From Pseudomonadales bacterium (GTDB lineage Bacteria; Pseudomonadota; Gammaproteobacteria; Pseudomonadales; Pseudohongiellaceae), in the NCBI GenBank assembly GCA_032250895.1, contig JAVVEZ010000001.1:31831-95830 (forward strand): DNA of 64,000 nucleotides, in the 5' to 3' direction. The position numbers and the translations under genes are program-made. Positions within the stretch are counted from its first letter, which is position 1. Each line of letters starts with the position of its first letter. The notes beneath the pieces were generated by a model. That model saw only the letters and a list, made by a program, of their open reading frames with translations. It ran no database searches and was not told the DNA's origin. This document shows positions 22,414-33,679 of the stretch, piece by piece.

Positions 22414-23040
22414 TTATGTTCTTTGCAATTTGATCGCGACGCACTGGTGATACACGTCATTGTTGTCGCCGGGTGAGGTGTTATAGACACCATGGAATCC
22501 CCGTGCAGGGTCTTCCATGACCTGAATTACTTGCAAGGTACAGTTGTCACATTCCACATCCGGCAGGGTAAGCTGCCAGGTATAGGTGGCTGCCGTGCCG
22601 CGCAGATGAGGATTCAGATAGTCCATCAACACCGTTGCATTATTGAAAAAGTCGCCATCCTCTGCCGGGTTGCCGGGGCGGCATTGATCGTTTTCATCGA
22701 TGGGACAACCGCCGTCACGATTCGGATCCTGGGCCACGATCCAGCGTGGATCCAGGAAATCATCGTCACCGTCGTTATCGAAGGCAATACGGAAATAACC
22801 GGGGTGAGAAACATATTCCGCGACACTCAACGTGATGGTCTCACCGGGCTGATAGGTGTAGGACGCGCCGGTGGCGATGCCATCAGGATTTCCGCAGGGG
22901 GCCATCTTGGTATCCGCTCCCCGTTCTCCCTGCGCAAATTTGGCGACATGCGTGCCGGCCCGCTCCAGGTCGATATGGGCCTGGCTCAGTCCGGGAATGG
23001 CGAGCAATGCAAAAAGTGCGAAGCTGGTGTTGATGTTCAT
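22414..23040 (-). CDS. Secreted Cys-rich protein whose predicted mature N-terminus is His. Candidate histidine-brace copper protein (LPMO-like).
   Basis: 208 aa. Signal peptide MNINTSFALFALLAIPGLSQA|HIDLER... Six Cys, further conserved-looking His/Tyr (SHPGYFRIAFD, VYHQC) and an acidic loop (DNDGDDDF). Confidence 0.45.
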   Translation of the reverse strand: MNINTSFALFALLAIPGLSQAHIDLERAGTHVAKFAQGERGADTKMAPCGNPDGIATGASYTYQPGETITLSVAEYVSHPGYFRIAFDNDGDDDFLDPRWIVAQDPNRDGGCPIDENDQCRPGNPAEDGDFFNNATVLMDYLNPHLRGTAATYTWQLTLPDVECDNCTLQVIQVMEDPARGFHGVYNTSPGDNNDVYHQCVAIKLQRT

Positions 23041-23113
23041 GGGCTTTCCTTCTTATGTTGTCATTGTTGTTTGCGAGGATTCAGGTTGCCAGGAGCCCGA
23101 CAGGTTCCCAGGG

Positions 23114-25366
<2,253 letters not shown>

Positions 25367-25480
25367 TCAGAAGGTGCAGGGAAAAGGCGTCAAGCCCGCC
25401 GGCACACGCAAAACCGACATTATAGCAGCAAGACGACAAAGAGTAAGGGAACCCAAGAGACAGGCTTATGGCAAAACTCC

Positions 25481-27229
25481 TTACATCCGTTCCAGGGTTT
25501 CGATACCCAGCAGTTCCAGCCCCTGTTGCAGGGTTCTGGACGTCAGCAGGCACAATCTGAGACGGGACTCCCGCACGGCGTTTTCAGCCTTGAGGACCGG
25601 GCAGGCTTCATAAAATTTCATGAAGACACCGGCCAGTTCGTAAAGATAGAGGCAGAGCTGATTGGGGAACCCGTCGCGTGCCACGGTCTCGACCACATCG
25701 GTAAACTGCAGCAGTTTGAGTGCCAGGTTCTTTTCTGCGGCTGCTCTGATGAGGATTGGAAGGCTGCTGCGAGTGTCTATCTCTTCACGTCGAAAGATGC
25801 TGCTGATTCTGGCATAGGCATAAAGCAGATAGGGCGCGGTATTACCTTCAAAGGAGAGCATGCTGTCCCAATCAAATACATAATCGCTGTTGCGGTTTTT
25901 GGAGAGATCGGCGTATTTGACGGCGGCAATGCCGACGACTTCGGCAATACGACGTTTCTCGGTTTCAGCCAGATCGGGATTTTTGCTGCTGACCAGTTTG
26001 AAGGCGCGTTCAACGCTTTCCGCCAACAGATCGATCAGTTTTACCGTGCCGCCGGTGCGGGTCTTGAAGGGCTTGCCGTCCGCGCCCATCATGGTGCCGT
26101 AGGACAGGTGTTCCAGCGAGCAGTGGGCAGACGCCAGGCCTGCTCGTTTCGCCACGGCAAATACCTGCTGAAAATGCAGGGTCTGGCGGGCATCGACCAC
26201 GTACAGCACCCGATCGGCCTGCAATACCTGGCTGCGGTAGCGGATGGCGGCGAGATCGGTGGTCGCATATAGATAGCCACCACCGGATTTCTGCACGATG
26301 GTCGGCAGGGCTTTGCCATCCTGGTTGCGGAATTCGTCCAGGAAAACACATTTGGCACCTTCAGATTCACGGAGTAATCCGGCCTGATCCAATAGTTGAA
26401 TCACTTGTTCCAGCTTGTCGTTATAAAAACTCTCTGGAACAATGTCATGGGCTGTCAGGGTGACATTGAGTTTTTCATACAAGTGCTGACAATGTGCAAT
26501 GGATACCTCGATAAACCGGTGCCACAGGGCCAGACAGACGGGATCTCCGGATTGCAATTTGACGACATTGTCGCGAGCGACTCTGGCAAAATTTTCGTCA
26601 GTATCAAAACGCTGTTTTGCAATGCGATAAAAGGTCTCCAGATCCGCCAGTTCTCTGGCGGCAGTGTCTTCGTCCTGCTCCAGTTCCAGCATATGGGTGA
26701 TCAGCATGCCGAACTGGGTCCCCCAGTCGCCGAAATGGTTCTGCCGGATCAGGGTATGCCCCAGATAATCCAGGGTGCGGGCGATGGCATCGCCGATAAT
26801 GGTGCCACGTAAATGGCCCACGTGCATTTCCTTGGCCAGGTTGGGCGAGGAATAATCGACGACGATGGTCTGTGGCGCGGTACTGAGTTCCACCAGGCGG
26901 CCCTGGTTCAGCCGGGTGACCTCGGTGGCGAGAAAGTCCGGGGAGATGGCGATATTGATGAAGCCGGGCCCGGCCAGTTCCACTTTTTCGGCGATTCCCC
27001 CCAGATCCAGTTGAGCCAGCACCTGCTGTCCGAGTTCACGCGGATTCTGCTTTAATCGTTTTGCCAGTGCCATGATACCGTTGGCCTGGTAGTCTCCGAA
27101 CTGCTCGGATTTGGAATAGTTGATGAGGGCCTGACAATCGGCTTCGCCGGTGATTGCGGAAAGTACCAGGCTGATTTTGTTATCGAGGACTTGCTTGAGA
27201 TTCATGTTGAGTGATGGCCCCTGCGTCAA
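25481..27229 (-). CDS. argS: Arginine--tRNA ligase
   Basis: 582 aa. Class I HIGH-type motif (HVGHLRGTIIGDAI), the anticodon-binding DALR-type C-terminus and a terminal ...ERM. Confidence 0.96.
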   Translation of the reverse strand: MTQGPSLNMNLKQVLDNKISLVLSAITGEADCQALINYSKSEQFGDYQANGIMALAKRLKQNPRELGQQVLAQLDLGGIAEKVELAGPGFINIAISPDFLATEVTRLNQGRLVELSTAPQTIVVDYSSPNLAKEMHVGHLRGTIIGDAIARTLDYLGHTLIRQNHFGDWGTQFGMLITHMLELEQDEDTAARELADLETFYRIAKQRFDTDENFARVARDNVVKLQSGDPVCLALWHRFIEVSIAHCQHLYEKLNVTLTAHDIVPESFYNDKLEQVIQLLDQAGLLRESEGAKCVFLDEFRNQDGKALPTIVQKSGGGYLYATTDLAAIRYRSQVLQADRVLYVVDARQTLHFQQVFAVAKRAGLASAHCSLEHLSYGTMMGADGKPFKTRTGGTVKLIDLLAESVERAFKLVSSKNPDLAETEKRRIAEVVGIAAVKYADLSKNRNSDYVFDWDSMLSFEGNTAPYLLYAYARISSIFRREEIDTRSSLPILIRAAAEKNLALKLLQFTDVVETVARDGFPNQLCLYLYELAGVFMKFYEACPVLKAENAVRESRLRLCLLTSRTLQQGLELLGIETLERM

Positions 27230-27463
27230 GGGGCGGCATTATATACTATTTCACTGTGCAGATTGACTCTGAGAGCTTGCTGAGTCAGGGCAAAGCTTCT
27301 GGCATAATGCGCAGGTCAGAATAGAGGGATTTTCCGGTCTGTTTAGGGAACTGGTGCAGAACTCTCGGAATCTCACGGCTGCAGGGGAAATATTTGTTCT
27401 GACTATCCGGTCAGTGAGGCAGTGTTTGAAATTTGGCATATGACGGTGTCACCAGAGGAAAAT

Positions 27464-28204
27464 ATGAATATTGACAATTTTGGATCAGGCCGGGCCACAC
27501 AGCGGGTTTTCCGCTCGGGTATCATCTTTATGTTATTGGTACTTGGCCTCAGTGGCTGTGCCCAAACCGGCGCGACCAGCCATAATGATCCTCTGGAGCC
27601 TTTCAATCGCAAGGTGAATACCTTCAACGATTATCTGGACCGTTTCTTTCTCAAGCCTGTTGCCCAGGCTTATACATTTGCAATCCCCAGCTTACTGCGC
27701 ACCGGTATCAGCAATGCCTTTGACAACATCAGTTACCCGCTGGTGATAGTCAACCAGTTTCTGCAGGGCAAGCCGGCCACCGGGGGGCAGGATTTGGCGC
27801 GTCTGCTGGTCAATTCGACAGCAGGGATAGGAGGGCTTTTCGATGTGGCTACCGGCTGGGGGCTGCCGGCCCATGATGAGGATTTCGGGCAAACCTTTGC
27901 GGTTTGGGGCATACCCAGTGGCCCCTATCTGGTGGCACCCTTGTTCGGACCTGTTACCATCCGCGATGGGATAGGCGATATTGGTGGTATTTTTGCTTAC
28001 CCCCCGACTTATTTTGACGATGTCTCCCTGCGTAATTCATTATATGGAGCCTCTTTGGTCGATCAACGTGCCAGACTGCTGAAAGCAGAGGAACTGGTCT
28101 CGGGAGACAGGTACCTGTTCATTCGTGATGCTTATCTGCAGCGGCGCGAGTTCCTGAATAACGATGGGGCGGTTTCTGAAACAGATCCCTTTCTGGATGA
28201 CTGA
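27464..28204 (+). CDS. mlaA: MlaA/VacJ-family outer-membrane lipoprotein
   Basis: In-frame ATG 27464 within ORF 27422-28204. Lipobox LVLGLSGC. MlaA hallmarks DPLEPFNRKVNTFNDYLDRFFLKPVAQAY and FGQTFAVWGIPSGPYLVAPLFGP. Confidence 0.9.
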   Translation: MNIDNFGSGRATQRVFRSGIIFMLLVLGLSGCAQTGATSHNDPLEPFNRKVNTFNDYLDRFFLKPVAQAYTFAIPSLLRTGISNAFDNISYPLVIVNQFLQGKPATGGQDLARLLVNSTAGIGGLFDVATGWGLPAHDEDFGQTFAVWGIPSGPYLVAPLFGPVTIRDGIGDIGGIFAYPPTYFDDVSLRNSLYGASLVDQRARLLKAEELVSGDRYLFIRDAYLQRREFLNNDGAVSETDPFLDD

Positions 28205-28220
28205 TTTTGAGGCATCTTTT

Positions 28221-28250
28221 TAGAGGTGCCCTTGATATAGAGGTGCCCTT
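28221..28250 (+). repeat. Tandem direct repeat TAGAGGTGCCCTT-GATA-TAGAGGTGCCCTT (period 17 bp) between mlaA and the RND gene. Candidate operator.
   Basis: Two perfect 13-bp copies read from the sequence, 44 nt upstream of the RND start codon. Confidence 0.3.
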
Positions 28251-28293
28251 CAAGACGGGACAACAGCATGTTTATGAGCAGGTACTGAATTAG

Positions 28294-30792
28294 ATGGTAA
28301 AAAGAAAAATATTGGCCTATGTCCGGCTATTCATGTCCGGGCGTTATCGTGAATGCCTGAATTATCCGATCCTGATTATTTTAGCCATCCTCTTGCTCAG
28401 TTCGCTTGCGATCTCGTATTCAGACGATTTCAGTTTTGACGCATCGGAAGATACGCTGGTGGCGGAAGGCGATCCAGACCTGGCCTACTACCGCGAGGTC
28501 AGTCAGAGCTTTGGCGGCGAGGAATTTCTGTTCCTGACCTATACGCCACGTTCCGCACCGGTGCTTTCTGCCGGAATCCTGAAGCGCCTCGATCAGCTGA
28601 TACAGAGACTGGAACAGGTGGAAGGCGTGAGTGGGGTGACCTCGATTTTTGATGCGCCACTGCTGAGCAGCCCACCGGTTCCTCTGACTGAACTGGCGAC
28701 GGGTTACCGGACACTGCACTCCCCTGACGTTGATCTGGACTTGGCAGCCAAGGAATTGACCGAGAGCCCTCTGTTTCGTGAGTTGCTGATATCGGCCGAT
28801 GGTCAGACAACGGCCCTGCGCATCGATCTCGACGGAAACCCGCAACTGGACATGCTGAAGGACAGACGCGATCGTCTGCGGCAGCTGCATGAACCTTCAG
28901 ATGAGGAAAAAGCAGAACTGGCAGAGCTGGAACAGAGCTATCGGAGCGAATATGCCCGCAGTCTGGTGCGCCGTGATACAACCCTGGCGGAACTGCGTAC
29001 GATCCGGGACAGTCTCGATAGCGACATTACTGCGCATCTGGGGGGAGTGCCACTGGTAGCCTCCGACATGATCGAATATGTCAAGAATGATATTGCCATC
29101 TTTGGCTCTGCGGTCATCATCCTGATCGCCATCATGCTCTTCATCATTTTCAGACAACTGCGCTGGGTGTTGCTGCCTCTGGTCAGCACCGCCATCACCG
29201 TGCTGCTGACTGTAGGGATACTGGGGTTTCTGCGCCAGGCAACCACGGTGATCTCGTCAAATTTCATCTCTTTGCTGACCATCATCACGATCTCTTTCGC
29301 CATTCATCTGATTGCCAGATACCGTGAGTTGAGAGCACAGAATCCGGATATTGCTCACACCGACCTGGTGTTCAGGACCATGAAGGACAAGCTGGCCCCC
29401 TGTGTCTATACCGCGTTGACGACCATCGTGGCCTTTGCCTCGCTGGTAACCAGTGAAATCGTCCCGGTCATGGATTTTGGCTGGATCATGTGCCTGGGTA
29501 TCGCGGTGTCCTTTGTTGTGACCTACAGCCTGTTTGCCGGACTTTTGCTGCTGCTTCCCAAGGGCGCGGCCAGCGCGACATTGCATCACGAGCCGGCGTT
29601 GACCCGGTTTCTGGGCCATATCTCGGCCAGATACGCCCCCCTGGTACTACTTGCCACGGTACTGTCCTATATCGTGGCTGCCGTGGGTATCAATCGCTTG
29701 AGCCTGGATAATCGTTTTGTTGAATATTTTCGTGAAGATACGGAAATTCATCAGGGCATGGCCTTCATCGATGAAAACCTTGGTGGCACCATCCCCATGG
29801 AAATCATTCTGAAATTTCTGCCTTATGAAGAACCGGAGCTGGATGCCGACAGCGATTTCTTCAGTGCTGAAGACGATCCCTATCCGCAACGTTACTGGTT
29901 TACACCTGACAAGCTGGAATATCTGGCTCGTCTGCAGGCCTATCTTGACAGTAAGCCGGAGATCGGCAAGGTCGTGTCGCTGTCCAGCCTGGAACAGGTT
30001 GCCCGAAGTTTCAACGATGGCAAGCCGCTGGGCTCAGTGGAATTGGTAGCCGTCCTCAGTGCCATGCCGGAACAGATTCGCAGGGAGCTGATTGACCCCT
30101 ATGCCTCTCCGGAGACAGGGATGATGCGGGTATCCACGCGAATTCATGAAACCGGGCCGCCTTATTCTCTGGATAACGTGATAAAGGACATTGAGTCCTT
30201 CGCTACCGATGAACTGGATTTTGCCGAGAGTGATGTTCGTGTCACCGGCATGGCCGTGTTGTTCAATGGCATGCTGGCGCATCTGTTTGATTCGCAGAAG
30301 TCCACGCTGATATTCGTGATTGCAGCCACCCTGGTCATGTTTGCGCTGCTGTTGCGCTCCGTGACATTGGCCGTACTTGGCCTGATACCGAATATTCTGG
30401 CGGCGGCTACTGTACTGGCCTTCATGGGCTTTGCCGGCATTCCCCTGGATATCATGACGATTACCATAGCGGCCATCATCATTGGCATTGGCGTGGACGA
30501 TGCGATTCATTATCTGCATCGCTTTCAGGAAGAATACGCTCTTGTGGGGGATGTGAAGACCGCTGTACTCAACAGCCACAGCAGTATCGGCGATGCCATA
30601 TATTACACCTCGGTGACGGTCGTCATCGGCTTTTCCGTGCTGGGTTTTTCCAACTTCATACCCACGGTATATTTTGGATTGCTGACGGCCCTGGCAATGG
30701 TGCTGGCATTGTTGGCCAACCTGACTGTCCTGCCCAGCCTGCTGGTGCTGGTTTATCGCCAGAAAAAAGCGGTACCGGCAGCATGGCCATGA
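28294..30792 (+). CDS. RND-superfamily exporter of the COG1033 / MMPL / HpnN-like type
   Basis: 832 aa. Two repeated halves, each with a large periplasmic loop followed by a multi-helix TM bundle (sterol-sensing-domain-like). There is no adjacent membrane-fusion or outer-membrane-factor gene. Confidence 0.8.
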   Translation: MVKRKILAYVRLFMSGRYRECLNYPILIILAILLLSSLAISYSDDFSFDASEDTLVAEGDPDLAYYREVSQSFGGEEFLFLTYTPRSAPVLSAGILKRLDQLIQRLEQVEGVSGVTSIFDAPLLSSPPVPLTELATGYRTLHSPDVDLDLAAKELTESPLFRELLISADGQTTALRIDLDGNPQLDMLKDRRDRLRQLHEPSDEEKAELAELEQSYRSEYARSLVRRDTTLAELRTIRDSLDSDITAHLGGVPLVASDMIEYVKNDIAIFGSAVIILIAIMLFIIFRQLRWVLLPLVSTAITVLLTVGILGFLRQATTVISSNFISLLTIITISFAIHLIARYRELRAQNPDIAHTDLVFRTMKDKLAPCVYTALTTIVAFASLVTSEIVPVMDFGWIMCLGIAVSFVVTYSLFAGLLLLLPKGAASATLHHEPALTRFLGHISARYAPLVLLATVLSYIVAAVGINRLSLDNRFVEYFREDTEIHQGMAFIDENLGGTIPMEIILKFLPYEEPELDADSDFFSAEDDPYPQRYWFTPDKLEYLARLQAYLDSKPEIGKVVSLSSLEQVARSFNDGKPLGSVELVAVLSAMPEQIRRELIDPYASPETGMMRVSTRIHETGPPYSLDNVIKDIESFATDELDFAESDVRVTGMAVLFNGMLAHLFDSQKSTLIFVIAATLVMFALLLRSVTLAVLGLIPNILAAATVLAFMGFAGIPLDIMTITIAAIIIGIGVDDAIHYLHRFQEEYALVGDVKTAVLNSHSSIGDAIYYTSVTVVIGFSVLGFSNFIPTVYFGLLTALAMVLALLANLTVLPSLLVLVYRQKKAVPAAWP

Positions 30793-30853
30793 GGTAGCAG
30801 AGCGATATGAGATTTGCTGTTTGTAATGTACATGAAAATTTCCCGGAGAGATT

Positions 30854-31489
30854 ATGAAAACGATGAATCTGGCCAGATTGATGACATTTCTGGTGTTTGG
30901 CATGATGCAGACAATGATTGCGATGGCGGCCGAAACCAAGGACCCGCAGCAGGTCATCAGAGAATCCACGGATCGGGTGCTGGCGACCATTGAAAAGCAG
31001 AAGGCCAGCAATGGTGGGAAGGTTGCCGATGGCATGGCCGAGGAATTGCTTGATGTTCTGGAGCCGGTCGTTGACTTTGCAGCCATTGCCCGAGGAGTAA
31101 TGGGCAGCCATGCCAAGCTTGCCACGCCGGAACAGACACAGAAATTCGAAACGGTTTTCAAGGACAGCATGGCACAGTTGTATGCAAAAAGTTTTGAAGC
31201 ACTGGAAGTTGAAAAGGTGACGATTCTTGATCCGGCACCCGATTTTGACCCGGCCAGGGGCCGGGCGACGGTACAGGCCGAGGCGACGACAACGGATGGA
31301 AAAGTGTTTTCACTGAGCTATTCGATGCGTTCTGATGCCCAGCATGGATGGCGCGTGCGCAATATCATTGTCGATGGGATCAATCTCGGTCTGACCTATC
31401 TCAATCAGTTTGATGGTGCAATGAAGCGCTACGGCAATGATATCGGCAAGGTGATCTCGACCTGGACAGCCGAAATGGAATCGAAGTAG
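30854..31489 (+). CDS. MlaC/Ttg2D-family periplasmic lipid-binding protein (toluene-tolerance family)
   Basis: 211 aa with a signal peptide. Family-typical blocks: VLEPVVDFAAIARGVMG, FKDSMAQLYAKSF and WRVRNIIVDGINLGLTYLNQF. Confidence 0.75.
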   Translation: MKTMNLARLMTFLVFGMMQTMIAMAAETKDPQQVIRESTDRVLATIEKQKASNGGKVADGMAEELLDVLEPVVDFAAIARGVMGSHAKLATPEQTQKFETVFKDSMAQLYAKSFEALEVEKVTILDPAPDFDPARGRATVQAEATTTDGKVFSLSYSMRSDAQHGWRVRNIIVDGINLGLTYLNQFDGAMKRYGNDIGKVISTWTAEMESK

Positions 31490-31515
31490 TCGGGTAGTAC
31501 AAATCTGGATTGGGA

Positions 31516-32451
31516 TCAAGGATGTTGATTGCCATGCTGGCTTGGTGACCCGATCAGCCTGATACCCATCCAGATGCCCCCCAGCATGCCCAGCAGTGCC
31601 GAAAAGCCGGCCGGCGACAGGGCAGGCAAGGCCAGCAGGAGCTGATAGTCGTTGCCGCCCAGGGCAAAGGCCGCTCCCAGACCCATCAGCGTGCCGCTGC
31701 CAAGATGTTTGAGGCTGCTTTGCAGGCCGGGAACATGCCAGTGGAAACGCCGGTAGCGCCAGGCACCGATGCCCATTCCGATCAGCATCAGCAGCAGCAG
31801 GGCGACCCTGTCCAGGGCTGGCAGAATCTCCGGATCATGTTTTATGATCGCCAGCCCCAGATCCCTGATGAAATCACTGGGAGACCAGGCGGGCTGCAGC
31901 AGAAACAAGGCTCCCACCAGAATACCGACCAGCATGATACCGCTCCACAGGCGCCAGTTCTGACGCTGCCGCCAGTAAATCAGGGTGCTGGCAAGCGCCA
32001 GGCAGACGATGATCACCCAGCACAGCCATAAACTGGCCGGGTCCAGTTCACGGTAGACAAAGTCCAGGCCCGTGTATTCGGAAGCCAGCCAACCCAGCAG
32101 CCAGCCCATCATGGTGAAAAGCATCCGCAGGTCGCCGCTGGCCAGCCGGCTGGCCGTGGAAATCGAACAGGAGCCATTGATGGCGGCACCCAACCCGAAA
32201 ATGACGCCGCCTGCCGGAAATCCCCAGTGAAAGTCATAACTTGTCAGGTGTGAACGAAGCTGGGCGAATTGCATCAGGGGCAGGTACAGGTAGATCCAGA
32301 AGCCACTGCTGACAATGGCGATCAGGCGCAGGTGCCTGCCTTGCATCCAGTCCGTGATACCGCGCACCATGCACAGGCCGGTTATCTGGGCCAGGTAGCC
32401 AATTGCCATGGCCAAGAACAGCATGATCGATATGGACAACAATATCTGCAA
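31516..32451 (-). CDS. YeeE/YedE-family (sulfur-compound transport-like) inner-membrane protein
   Basis: 311 aa, polytopic, two-fold repeat. Conserved Cys in short re-entrant-like segments (ITGLCMVRG, INGSCSIS). Assigned from memory of the family, not searched. Confidence 0.45.
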   Translation of the reverse strand: MQILLSISIMLFLAMAIGYLAQITGLCMVRGITDWMQGRHLRLIAIVSSGFWIYLYLPLMQFAQLRSHLTSYDFHWGFPAGGVIFGLGAAINGSCSISTASRLASGDLRMLFTMMGWLLGWLASEYTGLDFVYRELDPASLWLCWVIIVCLALASTLIYWRQRQNWRLWSGIMLVGILVGALFLLQPAWSPSDFIRDLGLAIIKHDPEILPALDRVALLLLMLIGMGIGAWRYRRFHWHVPGLQSSLKHLGSGTLMGLGAAFALGGNDYQLLLALPALSPAGFSALLGMLGGIWMGIRLIGSPSQHGNQHP

Positions 32452-32608
32452 GGACAGTCCCCCCCTGTCAGTTCCCGATCACAGAACGGATTTTTCGCCG
32501 GGTCTTGGATCGGAATCTGAAGAATAAAATAATGTAATGAGCAGGACCGGATTATGCGGATTAACTGCCTGGCAACCTTGCTGCCTGAGAGACAGGTGAA
32601 ATAATGCT

Positions 32609-33433
32609 TTATTCCTCTATGAAGGAAATCGTTCGCACTTCCATGCTCTCGCGGGGAGGGTCATTTTCTGAAGATTCGGGATCATTGATGGCGGTGTGGC
32701 CAGTCCATTGGGGCTGGCTGCTGTCCGAGTCATACAGTTTGAAGGCCAGGATTTCATCGGGCTGCATGTGATGCACGTAGTACCAGCGATGGTCCGGGTT
32801 GTAACTGAGATTGAAGCCCCACAGCGGCGGCCGCGAGGGGTCGTCCAAACCGCCGCGAATCTCGCTGTCGTTGAGATCGGATGCCAGTACGGTCGAGGCA
32901 TCACACAGGGCCAATGGCGAGCGGTACACGGGCTTGTTGATCGGACGCCAGAAATTCATCAGTACCACGCGCTTTTGCAACCAGTATTGGGCTTCTTCCT
33001 TTCCCATGATCTCCCGGCACTGTTCTTCTATCGTTCTTCTGCCGTAATCGACATGGGCACCGAAGGAGGGCAGACGGCCCTGTTTGATCGTCGGGTCATC
33101 ACTGCGCGCGACCGGGCCAAAGGCAATGGCCCTGGCAGCACCGTTGATGCGCAGGGCAAGTTCGATCACCTCCGGCATGAAAACAGTTTTCACCTCTTCG
33201 GGGTCGAAAAAATTCCTGACAGCCGTGTTGTGCGTGAGCAGCGCAAAACCGTTTTTCTCCACGCTGATCTCATGCCTCAAGGGCCGCATGTCGGTAATGG
33301 TCATGATATGATCATCGGCCGGCCAGTAGGATTTTTCGCGTTCCGCTGGATAGAAGATCGTGGCTTCCCCTTTTACGACATAACGGATGGGGGCCTGAAT
33401 TTGTTTGGGTCCGGCATTAGCCTGTGCTGTCAT
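32609..33433 (-). CDS. CmcJ/NvfI-family oxidoreductase (2OG/Fe-oxygenase-like fold)
   Basis: 274 aa. Blocks recalled for this family: NGFALL, GAHVDY, LMNFWRPI, SPLALCDASTV, HRWYYVHHM and KLYDSD. Confidence 0.5.
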   Translation of the reverse strand: MTAQANAGPKQIQAPIRYVVKGEATIFYPAEREKSYWPADDHIMTITDMRPLRHEISVEKNGFALLTHNTAVRNFFDPEEVKTVFMPEVIELALRINGAARAIAFGPVARSDDPTIKQGRLPSFGAHVDYGRRTIEEQCREIMGKEEAQYWLQKRVVLMNFWRPINKPVYRSPLALCDASTVLASDLNDSEIRGGLDDPSRPPLWGFNLSYNPDHRWYYVHHMQPDEILAFKLYDSDSSQPQWTGHTAINDPESSENDPPRESMEVRTISFIEE

Positions 33434-33679
33434 GGAATATGAATCTCAAGAGTGTTGGTTGACGATGCGGGTCTTATAACATTGTGCCCTCTGGCAGGCA
33501 AGGCTGTCGGGTGGGATGCTTGAGCCTGATCAATACGGCAGGCGGGCGCCGATGCCCAGGTTCATCCAATGGTTTTATGATGGCGGTTTATTCAGTAGAC
33601 TGCCGGTTTGACTGCAAGCCACAACAACAATAGCGATGCTTGCCAGGTGTCATGAAGCCCTGGCCATTCAGGGGGTAGT

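Noticed and set aside
22244-22444. 66-aa minus-strand ORF overlapping the palindromic element
   Set aside because: It lies mostly within the inverted-repeat element and overlaps the 3' end of the His-1 protein gene. It has no SD and an Arg/Gly-rich composition, so I consider it non-coding.
23089-23110. Excision footprint of the palindromic element (AGGAGCC-CGACAGGTTCCCAGG)
   Set aside because: It reads like the two element termini joined together, but it is only ~22 nt with several mismatches. That is statistically too weak to assert. It is mentioned only as a weak relative under the repeat-family finding.
30034-31170. 378-aa minus-strand ORF
   Set aside because: Antisense to the RND exporter 3' end and the mlaC-like gene. 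It crosses a real intergenic spacer, and its composition is not membrane- or enzyme-like.
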